In this document: positions 37,052-46,910 of the stretch, piece after piece | Layout of the letters: every line of letters starts with the position of its first letter | Numbering within the stretch: the first letter of the stretch is position 1 | Origin: Candidatus Melainabacteria bacterium 17Bon1m | GTDB taxonomy: Bacteria > Cyanobacteriota > Vampirovibrionia > Obscuribacterales > Obscuribacteraceae | DNA length: 64,000 bases | Assembly (NCBI GenBank): GCA_032128875.1 | Contig: JAVLKG010000002.1 | Coordinates: 160,001 to 224,000, forward strand | Direction of reading: 5' to 3' | The notes under the pieces: generated by a model | The model's input: only the letters and a program-made list of their open reading frames with translations | The model's database searches: none | What the model was told of the DNA's origin: nothing | Made by a program: the position numbers and the translations under genes

Positions 37052-40021
37052 GTGCCCGGTTCCGGTCGAAAAACGATTGAAATCGCACTTTTAGTGAGTT
37101 TTGCGCTTTCCGGAGCTGCGGCTCTGCTGGCTCAGACTGTCTGGCAGCGCGAATTTGTTCGGCTGGTCGGTGCAACCACGCCGTCCGCGGCTGTTGTTTA
37201 TGCCGGAGTGATGGCAGGTTTGGGGGCGGGCGCTCTGCTTGGCAATGCCATTCTTGCGCGGGGGGGAGGTCTATTCAGCGGAGTAAATCCGCTTCGATTC
37301 TTGGCAGTGCTGGAGGCGATAATCTGTGGGTTCGCCCTTCTCTATGCGGTCTCTTTTCGTTGGTCTTCGTTTTCAGTCGCCGAATTGTCCATGTTTGCTG
37401 CTCTAGAGGACGAAACGCTTCGTCAAGCTCTAGCGTTTGTATTTGCTGCAGCACCGTCAATTGCAATGGGTGCGACCTGGCCTGCTGCTGTTGCGTCGGT
37501 AGAAAAGGTATCAATCGAGGTTAGTAAGGCGTCAATTATTTTGTACGCTGCTAATTTGGCAGGCGCGTTCATTGGTGTCGTATGTGGTGCTTTCTTTCTG
37601 ATACCTGCTTTCGGTCTTGCGTTGACGCTGGGTATTGCTGGAGCGCTAAACATTTTGGCAAGTGTCATTGCGCTGGTTATTTCATTGGCTGCTGTAAAAC
37701 TCATTAGTCCGCGCAATCTTGTCGATATTGCTGCATCCAGTCATGCGGATTCTGTTTTTCCGCAATTTGACTGCTTGTTGGTGTTCTTGTCTGCAGCCGC
37801 GGCTTTAGCTCTCGAAGTAATTTTTACTAGACTGTTCACACTACTGTTCGGCTCTTCGACATATAGCGTTGGTGTCGTTCTTTGCGGTGTGCTTCTAGGT
37901 GCAAGTGTTTCGGCTGCTGTTAGTTGGGTCTTAACGCGACGCACCAAGGTTGAAATTGCTACCAAAGCAGTGGTGTCTATGGTGGCTTCCTTTGCAGCGC
38001 TCATCGTATTTGCAGAAGCTTGTTTGATGAATCGATTTCCAGAATTGGTGCTGTTCTTTACACAACATGCTTCAGAACCTTCTCAAAGTTTGTCACTGTT
38101 CAGATCTTTTCTTTTGCCAAGAATTATGGCGTGCAGTTGTCTCGTATTCCCGCCGATAGTTTTTGTGAGCATCATTTTTCCGGTTGTCTTGTTCGGAAGC
38201 TTGCGTGCGGTCAACTCAAAAACGGCTCGGTCCAGCTGGCTTTATAGCGCGAGCACACTTGGCGCTGTGATTGGATCGCTAGGCACTGGTTTGTATTTGA
38301 TACCAGCGTTCAGCGAAAAATACGAAAGCGGCATGTTGGCGAGCCTCATAGTTGTCGCTGGAGTGTGTCTTCTAATCGCTGCGCTTGCAGCCTCTCATCA
38401 GATTTCAATTGTGTCGCAGAAAGAAAAACGTTCGGGAGTTGTGTTCTTATGCAGCGCCGCGTTAATCGGTCTCATAGCGACGCTATATCCACCGCGCGTA
38501 GATACCTTTATGCTCTCACAAGGACTCGGACTGCTGCCTATCGAAAGACCTCGAGTGGCTGGAAGTGTGCGCAAATCGATTGAAAAGCAGAGACAGAGCA
38601 CTTCGGTGGTGTTTTACAGAGATGGGTTAAACACGACTGTTACGGTCGAGGAAATGCCTAAAAATAATATTTGCGTGCTCAAGAATGACGGTAAAGTAGA
38701 AGCTGCTATCCCACAAAATCTGTCACTGCCTGCCCCGACAACTGACTATCCGACACAGATGCTGCTCAGTCTTTTGCCGTATGCGCTCAGCTCGCAAACT
38801 AAAGCTAATGCGGTTGTGATCGGTTGCGGTAGTGGCGCTACATATGGTGCATTGGCAAAGCAAAATAACATTGCAAGCTTGACGGTGGCAGAGATCGAAA
38901 AAGCGGTATTCGATGCGAGCCGTTTCTTTTTGCCGGCGGAAAAAAGGGCTGAGAGAGCCGATATCCGTAAGTTGGTATGCGACGCAAGAAATTTTCTTGC
39001 ATACTCGCCGGGCTCGTTTGACCTGATAGTTTCTCAACCCGCAGAACCCTGGGTAAATGGAGCCGGCGATCTTTACACCCATGAATATTTTGCGCTTATT
39101 GCCTCAAAGCTGTCTCAGAAAGGAATTTTCTGCCAGTGGTTGCAACTTTATTCAATTGATGAAAAGACGCTCTTGGTGCTGCTCAACACGGTTCAGAGCG
39201 TTTTCCCTTCTACATATGTATTCCACCCTCATGGCTCTGGCGAAATTTTGATTGTTTCTTTCAAGCCTCCGGTCACGAACGAAAAGCGATCTATTCAACC
39301 AATCAAAGAAATACCGGATGCTGCAAAGCTGAATGTTGTGCGCATAAGTGAGCTTTTGCGAGAACCGGTTCTTTCGCAGCAACTGAAGTACTGCCATATT
39401 GAGTCGGTGCCTGATTTGCTGTCCATGCTAGTTTTGACGCCGGTGGCACTCGATGAACTGCTCTGGAAAAAACTATCGACGGACCGCGTCGCTCTCAATA
39501 CCGATGATAATTTGACTAGCGAGTACGCACTTCCGTACCAGGTGATTAGTAAGGATGATCGGATTGAGAAAAACTTGGAATTGCTGCGCTCGTTTCGTTT
39601 TTACTTGCTCGCCTGTCTGAGTAATTTGCCGGTTGATGCCTCGCAGAAGGCTGAATTTATCGATAGAGTTGCGCTTTCCATGGCGGGTTTTTCTCAGAAA
39701 CACCCCGGCGAAGGGCTGGATGACGCGGCTCTTGCTGCCGCATACGAAGCCTGGACTATTTCAGAATCTCCGGCAACTGCGTCCGCTTGTGACGTTGTTT
39801 CATATATGACGGGCAGAATCGGTACGGAAAGAGAGCAGAAGACACCGGTCGTCCGAGTTGAAACGCTCACACCCGCGCAGGCATTTTGGGTCGGACAGGC
39901 AGAAGCGCTGAAAGGCAACAAGGCGCGAGCTATTGAGGTTATTCGCCAGGGAATTGCAAGAGACGGCGGCAAGAATCACGAGCTGAGCGATTTGCTGGAA
40001 AAGCTAACTCAGCGCCAATAA
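37052..40021 (+). CDS. Fused MFS-like membrane domain / spermidine synthase-like methyltransferase
   Basis: FALSGAAALLAQTVWQR and LYAANLAGA membrane repeats, then DGLNTTVTV, NDGKVEA, VIGCGSGAT, DARNFL and EPW...LYTHEYF. Confidence 0.85.
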   Translation: MPGSGRKTIEIALLVSFALSGAAALLAQTVWQREFVRLVGATTPSAAVVYAGVMAGLGAGALLGNAILARGGGLFSGVNPLRFLAVLEAIICGFALLYAVSFRWSSFSVAELSMFAALEDETLRQALAFVFAAAPSIAMGATWPAAVASVEKVSIEVSKASIILYAANLAGAFIGVVCGAFFLIPAFGLALTLGIAGALNILASVIALVISLAAVKLISPRNLVDIAASSHADSVFPQFDCLLVFLSAAAALALEVIFTRLFTLLFGSSTYSVGVVLCGVLLGASVSAAVSWVLTRRTKVEIATKAVVSMVASFAALIVFAEACLMNRFPELVLFFTQHASEPSQSLSLFRSFLLPRIMACSCLVFPPIVFVSIIFPVVLFGSLRAVNSKTARSSWLYSASTLGAVIGSLGTGLYLIPAFSEKYESGMLASLIVVAGVCLLIAALAASHQISIVSQKEKRSGVVFLCSAALIGLIATLYPPRVDTFMLSQGLGLLPIERPRVAGSVRKSIEKQRQSTSVVFYRDGLNTTVTVEEMPKNNICVLKNDGKVEAAIPQNLSLPAPTTDYPTQMLLSLLPYALSSQTKANAVVIGCGSGATYGALAKQNNIASLTVAEIEKAVFDASRFFLPAEKRAERADIRKLVCDARNFLAYSPGSFDLIVSQPAEPWVNGAGDLYTHEYFALIASKLSQKGIFCQWLQLYSIDEKTLLVLLNTVQSVFPSTYVFHPHGSGEILIVSFKPPVTNEKRSIQPIKEIPDAAKLNVVRISELLREPVLSQQLKYCHIESVPDLLSMLVLTPVALDELLWKKLSTDRVALNTDDNLTSEYALPYQVISKDDRIEKNLELLRSFRFYLLACLSNLPVDASQKAEFIDRVALSMAGFSQKHPGEGLDDAALAAAYEAWTISESPATASACDVVSYMTGRIGTEREQKTPVVRVETLTPAQAFWVGQAEALKGNKARAIEVIRQGIARDGGKNHELSDLLEKLTQRQ

Positions 40022-40116
40022 GGCGCTTTTAGTAACGCTTTGAGGTGTCAAGATGAATGATTCCTCCGGGAGGAGTACAATAGGCGCAAGGCTTACGGAC
40101 TGGAAGCGGTAGGCGG

Positions 40117-41049
40117 ATGAGCTATCGATTGCTGCTAATTGAAGACAGCCCGACTCAACTTCTCACTATAAGAAGGAATCTCGAGGCGGAGGGCTACACT
40201 ATTCTCGAAGCGCGAAACGGCGCTGAGGGGCTTGTGCGCGCTTACAATGAGCTGCCTGATTTGATCATTTCCGACGTCGTAATGACCGGCATCAACGGTT
40301 ATCAATTGTGCCGGCTGGTGAAAAACGATTCTGAGCTGTCGGGAACACCGGTAATTCTTCTGACAAAGCTAGATGGCTCCATCGACCGCTTCTGGGGGCT
40401 GAAGTCGGGCGCGGATCGGTACATTCCGAAAGAGCCCGGTTTTCAAAACTTGATTATGGCAATCAGAGAAATCCTGGCGGAGTCCAAGGTTCAGCCTCGC
40501 TTGCGTATTTTGCCTGATTCCTCAAGAGCACCAGCGCCGGAAGAAATCAACGGCAGACTCAATCAGCTGTTGGAGCGCTTGCTTTTCGAAGCGACAATCA
40601 TCGATGAAGTGCGCAGAATCGGTGAAGATCTTTTGGATCTTGATTTGATTACTGAGAAACTTTTCGCGCTGCTATCTTCAATTCTCAACTACCAGTCTTG
40701 CGCTGTTGTGGTGAATCAAGGCGCATATTCGAGTTTGCAACTTGATTTGAATGACGACGCGCAAGAAAGTGCAGTCAAATCGTATGTCTCCAAATTGTCT
40801 ATGCAATTGGGTCTTCCGCCAATGCGCGAAGAGGGAATCAAACCTGGTGGGTTGATTGAAAACGCTCTTACTCAGCCGATCGACATGACTGGTTTGCGTC
40901 TTGGTTTGTTGATTGTTATTCCGTATCCCAACCAGTCATATAAGCCTGGCGACCAAAAGGTTGTTCGACTAATTGCCGAACAGTTGTCCATTGTTTTGCG
41001 ACTCTATCGTTCGCATCAACAACGCGAAGGCTCTGCAATCTCTGGTTGA
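40117..41049 (+). CDS. Response regulator (REC plus GAF-like C-terminus)
   Basis: LLIEDSPT, DLIISDVVM, ADRYIPK; C-terminal LGLLIV...YKPGDQKVVRLIAEQLSIVL. Confidence 0.85.
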   Translation: MSYRLLLIEDSPTQLLTIRRNLEAEGYTILEARNGAEGLVRAYNELPDLIISDVVMTGINGYQLCRLVKNDSELSGTPVILLTKLDGSIDRFWGLKSGADRYIPKEPGFQNLIMAIREILAESKVQPRLRILPDSSRAPAPEEINGRLNQLLERLLFEATIIDEVRRIGEDLLDLDLITEKLFALLSSILNYQSCAVVVNQGAYSSLQLDLNDDAQESAVKSYVSKLSMQLGLPPMREEGIKPGGLIENALTQPIDMTGLRLGLLIVIPYPNQSYKPGDQKVVRLIAEQLSIVLRLYRSHQQREGSAISG

Positions 41050-41064
41050 TAGTCGAAGTTTGAA

Positions 41065-42732
41065 TTAGACGACGGCTGTCGCCGCAGACGATTCTTCTTT
41101 TAGAGTGGTCCTTTGTTTTGCGCTTCGTCGAGATACAGCATCAAATATGCGCTGCTCGAACAGTGAACCCGGCTGAAAGGATGATGGTGCTGCGATGCAT
41201 TTCAGCAGCCGAAAAGAGCGTGACGGAACTCGCAAATAACTCAGCACATAAAATACTGCCATGCCGATGATACGGTACATAAGAATTTCGAGTGAACTTA
41301 CGTGGCGACAAAATGTTTTTGCAAACGTGAAATCAAACTGTGTAATAAGTGCTTCGAAATAGTTGTCTCCGATCGGACCAAGTGCTCCCTCTTCATTGAG
41401 TTCGTCGAACAATTCCGATCCAGGATAAGGTGTGAACGCTGATACATTGCAATCATCAACACCCATCAACGCTAAGCGCCACATCATGAGCAGCGTTTTG
41501 GCAATGTCAATTCTCTTCTCGAATGGAAAACCAATGATGAAATTGACTTTCACAACGATTTTGTTTTCCAGGGCGGCTTTTATTGAAAGAAGCATGTTGT
41601 CCAAATTGACACGCTTTTTAATCATATTCAACGTGCGCTCGGAACCGCTTTCCGGTGCGTAGACTAGAAATTCGCAGCCGGCTTGTGAGAGTGACGATAT
41701 CACATTCTCATCTAGGCTTTCAGAGCGAGTGCCTGATGGCAGCTGCCAAACAACGTCTATGTTTCGCGCTTTGATTTCTTTCGTGAAATCGAGAATCCAT
41801 TGTTTTTGAACAATTGCTGTTAGATCATAAAAATCGATGCTGTTCACGTTGTAGCGACGGATGTTGTCCTCTATTTCTGAAACAACATCCTCGACTGAGC
41901 GCATCGTATAGCGCGTAGTCCACATTGTCGGATTGGAGCAGAAGGTGCATTGATACGGACAACCTCTTGTCGCCAACATGGCGATGTTTCGTCCACGTCC
42001 GATTCCCATTGTAAAATTTGGACGAAAGTAAGGCTCTACGTCAATCAAGTGCCATGCCGGCCAAGGCATTTGCTTGATGTTTGCGATTCTTGGCGCAAGA
42101 CCATTGTCGATATATTTGCCATCCTTTAAATAGCAAATTCCACTGATGTCTCCTACCGGCAATCCGGAGCGAGTCTTGTAGACAAGTTCTAGCAAGGCTA
42201 GCTCCCCTTCCCCTTTAATCAAATAATCAATGGCTGGGCAGTCCCTCAACGTATATTCGGCCATCGCGGTAGCGTGCTCGCCTCCCACAACGATAGTGGC
42301 ATCAGGAAAACGCTGACGTACCTTATTTATAAACTTGCGTTGGTGGGGCCACTCTTGCGAGAACATCGTGGAAATTCCGATCGTGTCGCTATTCGGATCG
42401 ATGAGTGCGAGTGCCTCATCGTCATTCACTCCCATAACGTTAAAACGGCCGTCGTCACTTAGCCTAATTGCTTCGACACCGCGTCCAGGTACGTCGATAA
42501 TCTCGACTTTGTACGAAGCTTTCTCTAGGACTGCGGCAAGATAGGCAATGCCGATCGGCATCGCGAGGGGAGTGCTGTAAGAATTTTTGGAAAAGACAAT
42601 CGATGGGCGAACGAGCGAGACAACCTTAGTCGACTTTTGATCGGGATTGGCAAAAGCAGAAAATGCATCTTCAAGCGGCGTCGGATTGGCGCGCTGAATA
42701 TATGCATTATTTTTTGGAACAGTGTAGGTCAT
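41065..42732 (-). CDS. Cobalamin-binding radical SAM protein
   Basis: PIGIAYLAA, VVGGEHAT, GEGE, TRGCPYQCTFC, ESGS, FIIGFP. Confidence 0.92.
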   Translation of the reverse strand: MTYTVPKNNAYIQRANPTPLEDAFSAFANPDQKSTKVVSLVRPSIVFSKNSYSTPLAMPIGIAYLAAVLEKASYKVEIIDVPGRGVEAIRLSDDGRFNVMGVNDDEALALIDPNSDTIGISTMFSQEWPHQRKFINKVRQRFPDATIVVGGEHATAMAEYTLRDCPAIDYLIKGEGELALLELVYKTRSGLPVGDISGICYLKDGKYIDNGLAPRIANIKQMPWPAWHLIDVEPYFRPNFTMGIGRGRNIAMLATRGCPYQCTFCSNPTMWTTRYTMRSVEDVVSEIEDNIRRYNVNSIDFYDLTAIVQKQWILDFTKEIKARNIDVVWQLPSGTRSESLDENVISSLSQAGCEFLVYAPESGSERTLNMIKKRVNLDNMLLSIKAALENKIVVKVNFIIGFPFEKRIDIAKTLLMMWRLALMGVDDCNVSAFTPYPGSELFDELNEEGALGPIGDNYFEALITQFDFTFAKTFCRHVSSLEILMYRIIGMAVFYVLSYLRVPSRSFRLLKCIAAPSSFQPGSLFEQRIFDAVSRRSAKQRTTLKEESSAATAVV

Positions 42733-42884
42733 CTAGGACTTTAGCCGGCGAAGTGATTTTTCAGCAGTGTAGCCGAGTGATGTCTTTACTTCGTTACGTA
42801 TTTCTGATTTCAATCATTTCATGATCTAAAAAACTTTTATTTCGAGGACATGAAGGTTACTCTAGATTCCACTATTCTGTGACG

Positions 42885-43700
42885 ATGAGTGCCGCCACCA
42901 CATACAAAAAAGTTGAAGCCGCTCCAGTCGGCAGTGGTTTCGATCCAAAGTTTTTCGCTGAGATTGCGGCTTTAGAGCAACACAATTTCTGGTTTCGCGC
43001 GCGCAACAGCTTGATTGTCTGGTTTTTGGGAAAGTCAGTAAAACCAGACGCACAGTTTTTTGAAATTGGTTTTGGCACGGGTGTCGTTCTAAACGCGGTC
43101 GCTAAAAGCTTTCCGGGCATGCGTCTTTTGGGCGGAGAGTTGTTCTCTGAAGCGTTGGAGTTTGCTCGAAAGCAAGTGCCAATGGCGAATCTCTTCATCT
43201 GTGATGCAACTGAGATTTCTGCTTTGGGAGACTACGATTGCATAGGTGCGTTTGATGTCCTAGAACACATCGAAGACGATCACCTGGCTCTTCGAAACAT
43301 CTACGCTGCTTTGGCACCGGGCGGATTTCTGATGGCGACAGTGCCCCAGCATACTTGGCTCTGGAGTCCTTCCGACGAGATAGTTTTCCATCACAGACGT
43401 TATTCACCCGGCGAACTCGAGTCCAAGCTTTGCGATCATGGATTTCACGTTGTTCGCTCCACCTCTTTTATGTTCTTTCTCCTGCCGCTTATGGCACTTT
43501 CTAGGATCTGGCAAAGAGTAGCCAAGCCCAAATTCAATGTGTTTTCCGAGCTGCGCGTAAACACGCTGCTTTCCTGGGTATTTTCTGCTGTTTTGCGTTT
43601 GGAGATACTAGCAATAAAAGCTGGAATCAACTTCCCTGCGGGTGGTTCGAGGTTTGTCCTTGCACGCAAACCGCTTACAGTGGCAAATGAAGGCATATAA
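42885..43700 (+). CDS. Class I SAM-dependent methyltransferase
   Basis: HNFWFRAR, EIGFGTG, FDVLEHIEDD, TVP...HHRRY. Confidence 0.88.
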   Translation: MSAATTYKKVEAAPVGSGFDPKFFAEIAALEQHNFWFRARNSLIVWFLGKSVKPDAQFFEIGFGTGVVLNAVAKSFPGMRLLGGELFSEALEFARKQVPMANLFICDATEISALGDYDCIGAFDVLEHIEDDHLALRNIYAALAPGGFLMATVPQHTWLWSPSDEIVFHHRRYSPGELESKLCDHGFHVVRSTSFMFFLLPLMALSRIWQRVAKPKFNVFSELRVNTLLSWVFSAVLRLEILAIKAGINFPAGGSRFVLARKPLTVANEGI

Positions 43701-45501
43701 GGTCGATCTCTTCGATCTATTGCTTCTGGTTGCAGTAGTCATAACAACTCTTTTTTTGACGGCGACTGTCTTTTGGGGCCTCAACCGCGGCTTTGACTTA
43801 ACTGACGAGGGATATTACCTGGTTTTAGCGAGCAACCCTGCAAAATACGCAGGGGTAAGCGCTTTCCATTTTTTGTTGTCGAAGTTGCCGAATTTGACAA
43901 CATCCAAGCTGATTGATCTGCGCATCTTCCAGTTACTGGGCCAAATCGTCTCGTGTCTGCTCCTTTCGTACGGTTTCTGGCAGATGAATTGGTCGAACTC
44001 TTTTCGACCTACAAAGACGCAATTGGCGATCAGCGTTTTCTTTACTGTTCTGGCCAGTTTCCTCTTGCAAGCAATTTTTCCGCCTTCGCTTTCATACAAT
44101 GGACTGACTTATTTTTTGATTTTTTCTTCGTTTGGACTTCTTTTTGCCGCTGCTGGAGTGCCTTCCGGTAAGGCCAACCTTCCTGTGCTTCTCAGCTGCA
44201 TCTCGGGTTTTCTCTGCGTTTTTGAGCTGCCTGTCAAATTCACGGCAGGTGTTTTGTCAGTTTTCTTAGGCTTTGCTTGGCTCTGCATCAACAAAAACCA
44301 GCGCTCACTTTTGACGTCTTACTCGCTGGGCTTATTTGCCGGGGCCGTATTTTTTCTTTGCGTAATTCAGACTCCATCACAATTTCAAGAACAGTTGGAG
44401 CAAATAAGATGCTATGCGACGATGACGACAACGCACTCGCCGGGCGCAATTTTGCGAACCAACTTACTAAATATCAAGACAACATTGGAAACTGGCTGGG
44501 TTAACTTTGGTTTTGTTCTTTTAGTACCGGCTTTGTCCGCGACGCTCGCTATATTGGCTGCAAAGTCAAAGTTGCCGGCAAAGAAATATGTAATCGGACT
44601 TCTGGCGTCTGCGTGTCTGCTGCCGTCACTTTTTCTAATCAGCACCAAAAACGGTGCGTACTATCTATCGTACGTTGACGTACAAATTTCCGTATCACTC
44701 GGTATGTCGGTTTTGCTGATTTTTGCCCTAACGAGGTATACCCATGGTTTCAGATTGATTTCGCACCTGCAATTTCTTTCTTCTTTGGCAATCTTATTTG
44801 TACTGCCTCTCGTGTGCTCTTTTGGCTCGGCGAATCCACTGCCCTTTCAACTCGTTTCCTGTATGTCACCCGTCTTTCTGGCGCTCTCGGCAATCTCATT
44901 GAAAGTCCTTACTGGAGCGGTTGCTGCGCCGTTTCGATTTGCGTTGATCGGTGGGTTGACCAGCTTGGTGATTAAGGTATTTCTGAACGGATACATACAT
45001 CATCCTTATCTTCTGTACGGCAGTTTGGAAGAGCAACGGTATGATGCGTCCGATTTGCCAAACTTACGAGGCGTCAAACTCAGCAAGGATAGCCTGAACT
45101 TCCTGTCGTCAACATACGAAATTCTGACGCAAAATGGCTATCAGCCGGGCGATCCGATTATGAGCCTTTTCGATATTCCCGGAGCGGTCTATGCGCTGGG
45201 TGGAACTGAAGTAGGTTCTCCGTGGCTTTTGTCGCTACCTTCTTTCAAGGACTTTCGCCCTCGTTGGTACAGGAGCTGTCGTAAAGACGTTACGGACAAA
45301 CTTTTCGTCCTGAATTCCTGGGAGCTTTCTGCGCAAACAAGGAAAAGCCTGCTGGAAGCTGGTTTTGACTTCCCTTCGGATTTTGAATTGGTCGGAATGA
45401 CTGACATGAAACCGTATTCCTATGGGCTACAGAGTTCCGGAACGGGTGATAGATATTTGGTCGGAAAAGTCCGGCTTTATAGGTGGCGGGGCAGTCGATG
45501 A
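43687..45501 (+). CDS. Polytopic membrane protein, possible GT-C glycosyltransferase
   Basis: More than 10 hydrophobic segments; RGFDLTDEGYY acidic loop after TM1; start overlaps the previous gene. Confidence 0.65.
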   Translation: MKAYKVDLFDLLLLVAVVITTLFLTATVFWGLNRGFDLTDEGYYLVLASNPAKYAGVSAFHFLLSKLPNLTTSKLIDLRIFQLLGQIVSCLLLSYGFWQMNWSNSFRPTKTQLAISVFFTVLASFLLQAIFPPSLSYNGLTYFLIFSSFGLLFAAAGVPSGKANLPVLLSCISGFLCVFELPVKFTAGVLSVFLGFAWLCINKNQRSLLTSYSLGLFAGAVFFLCVIQTPSQFQEQLEQIRCYATMTTTHSPGAILRTNLLNIKTTLETGWVNFGFVLLVPALSATLAILAAKSKLPAKKYVIGLLASACLLPSLFLISTKNGAYYLSYVDVQISVSLGMSVLLIFALTRYTHGFRLISHLQFLSSLAILFVLPLVCSFGSANPLPFQLVSCMSPVFLALSAISLKVLTGAVAAPFRFALIGGLTSLVIKVFLNGYIHHPYLLYGSLEEQRYDASDLPNLRGVKLSKDSLNFLSSTYEILTQNGYQPGDPIMSLFDIPGAVYALGGTEVGSPWLLSLPSFKDFRPRWYRSCRKDVTDKLFVLNSWELSAQTRKSLLEAGFDFPSDFELVGMTDMKPYSYGLQSSGTGDRYLVGKVRLYRWRGSR

Positions 45502-45691
45502 TTCGTTTCTTTCCAATTTGTAACCTTGGCTTTAATTAGTAATACTTGTGAAAGCCCGCCCTCTGCGATTCAGCAAGTGATCGGCTGGCTAAAAGGTGTT
45601 AAAAGGATAAAGACTTAATGCGTGAAAAGCAGACCTAGTGCGGAGATGGATGTTAATTTACGTGTTTAAACCAATGTCTAGTCTGAGTCTC

Positions 45692-46891
45692 ATGAGTACA
45701 GAAGAAATGATTACCGCCACAAAACCAGCGATTTTAGGCTCCCGCGCGACCTTCGAGTCTACGCTGCGACTTGTGATTCCGGACTTGCCTTCTTACTCGT
45801 CCATGCAATCTGAATTCTCTGATATCGTCGATTCAGGAGTTCTTACGAAAGGTCGCCATCTCCAGCAGTTTGAAAAGAGCGCTGCAAAACATTGCGGCAG
45901 CAACTTCGCAGTCGGCGTTTCCAGTTGCACCACTGGTCTCGTCTTAGCGCATAAGGCTCTGGAACTTCATGGAGAAGTGATCCTTCCAAGTTTTACTTTT
46001 CTGGCATCGGCACTTGGTTGTGCTTGGAATAACACTGTCCCCGTTTTTGTCGACATCGATGCCGATGATTGGACAATCAATCCGAAAGCAGTTGAAGCTG
46101 CAATCACGTCCAAGACCACTGGAATCGTAGCTACTCACGTCTTTGGCAACCCGTGCCAGATAGACCAGTTGGAAGAGATTGCGAAGCGTCATGGAATCAA
46201 GCTGATATTTGACGCGGCCCACGGATTTGGTGCTCTCTATCAAGGAAAAGCGCTAGGCAGCAGGGGCGATCTGGAAGTCTTTAGTTTGAGTCCGACAAAA
46301 CTTGTTATTGCCGGCGAAGGTGGCATGATCACCTTCAATGATGAGAAATTGCGAGACAAGCTTCAGGTCTTGCGCGAATATGGAAACGACGGTCAGTATG
46401 ACCTTATCGATTCTGGTTTGAATGCGCGCATGCCTGAGATCAATGCCCTTCTGGGTAACGAAGGTCTGAAGCGGCTTGAAGGCGTCGTAGAGAGACGGAC
46501 AAAGGTCGCAACCGACGTGATTGAGCATCTTAAAAATGTACCCGGAATAAAATGGCAGCAAGTTCGCTCCGGCAATCGCTCATCGCTTAAAGACCTAGCG
46601 ATGCTCGTTGAAGAAAAGACTTTTGGTATGTCTCGGGACATGTTGGCGAAGACTCTCGCCGCTGAAAATATCGAGACACGCAATTATTACGATCCGCCGT
46701 GCCATAGGCAGTCTTACTGGCAAGAGCGTTGTCGCGTGAATGGTACGCTGACCGTTACTGAGCAGCTTTCTAATGGTGCGCTGACGATTCCGTTGCATTC
46801 AAAAATGACTGATCAGGATGTTGCACAGCTTGCCGGCGCGATAACCGCTGCGCATAAGTACGCTTCGGAAATTCGCAAGGCAATCGGTTAG
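45692..46891 (+). CDS. DegT/DnrJ/EryC1/StrS PLP-dependent sugar aminotransferase
   Basis: SSCTTGL, PSFTF, PVFVDI, FDAAHG, FSLSPTKLVIAGEGG. Start position approximate. Confidence 0.92.
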   Translation: MSTEEMITATKPAILGSRATFESTLRLVIPDLPSYSSMQSEFSDIVDSGVLTKGRHLQQFEKSAAKHCGSNFAVGVSSCTTGLVLAHKALELHGEVILPSFTFLASALGCAWNNTVPVFVDIDADDWTINPKAVEAAITSKTTGIVATHVFGNPCQIDQLEEIAKRHGIKLIFDAAHGFGALYQGKALGSRGDLEVFSLSPTKLVIAGEGGMITFNDEKLRDKLQVLREYGNDGQYDLIDSGLNARMPEINALLGNEGLKRLEGVVERRTKVATDVIEHLKNVPGIKWQQVRSGNRSSLKDLAMLVEEKTFGMSRDMLAKTLAAENIETRNYYDPPCHRQSYWQERCRVNGTLTVTEQLSNGALTIPLHSKMTDQDVAQLAGAITAAHKYASEIRKAIG

Positions 46892-46910
46892 CTATCAAAC
46901 CGTAGCTCGG

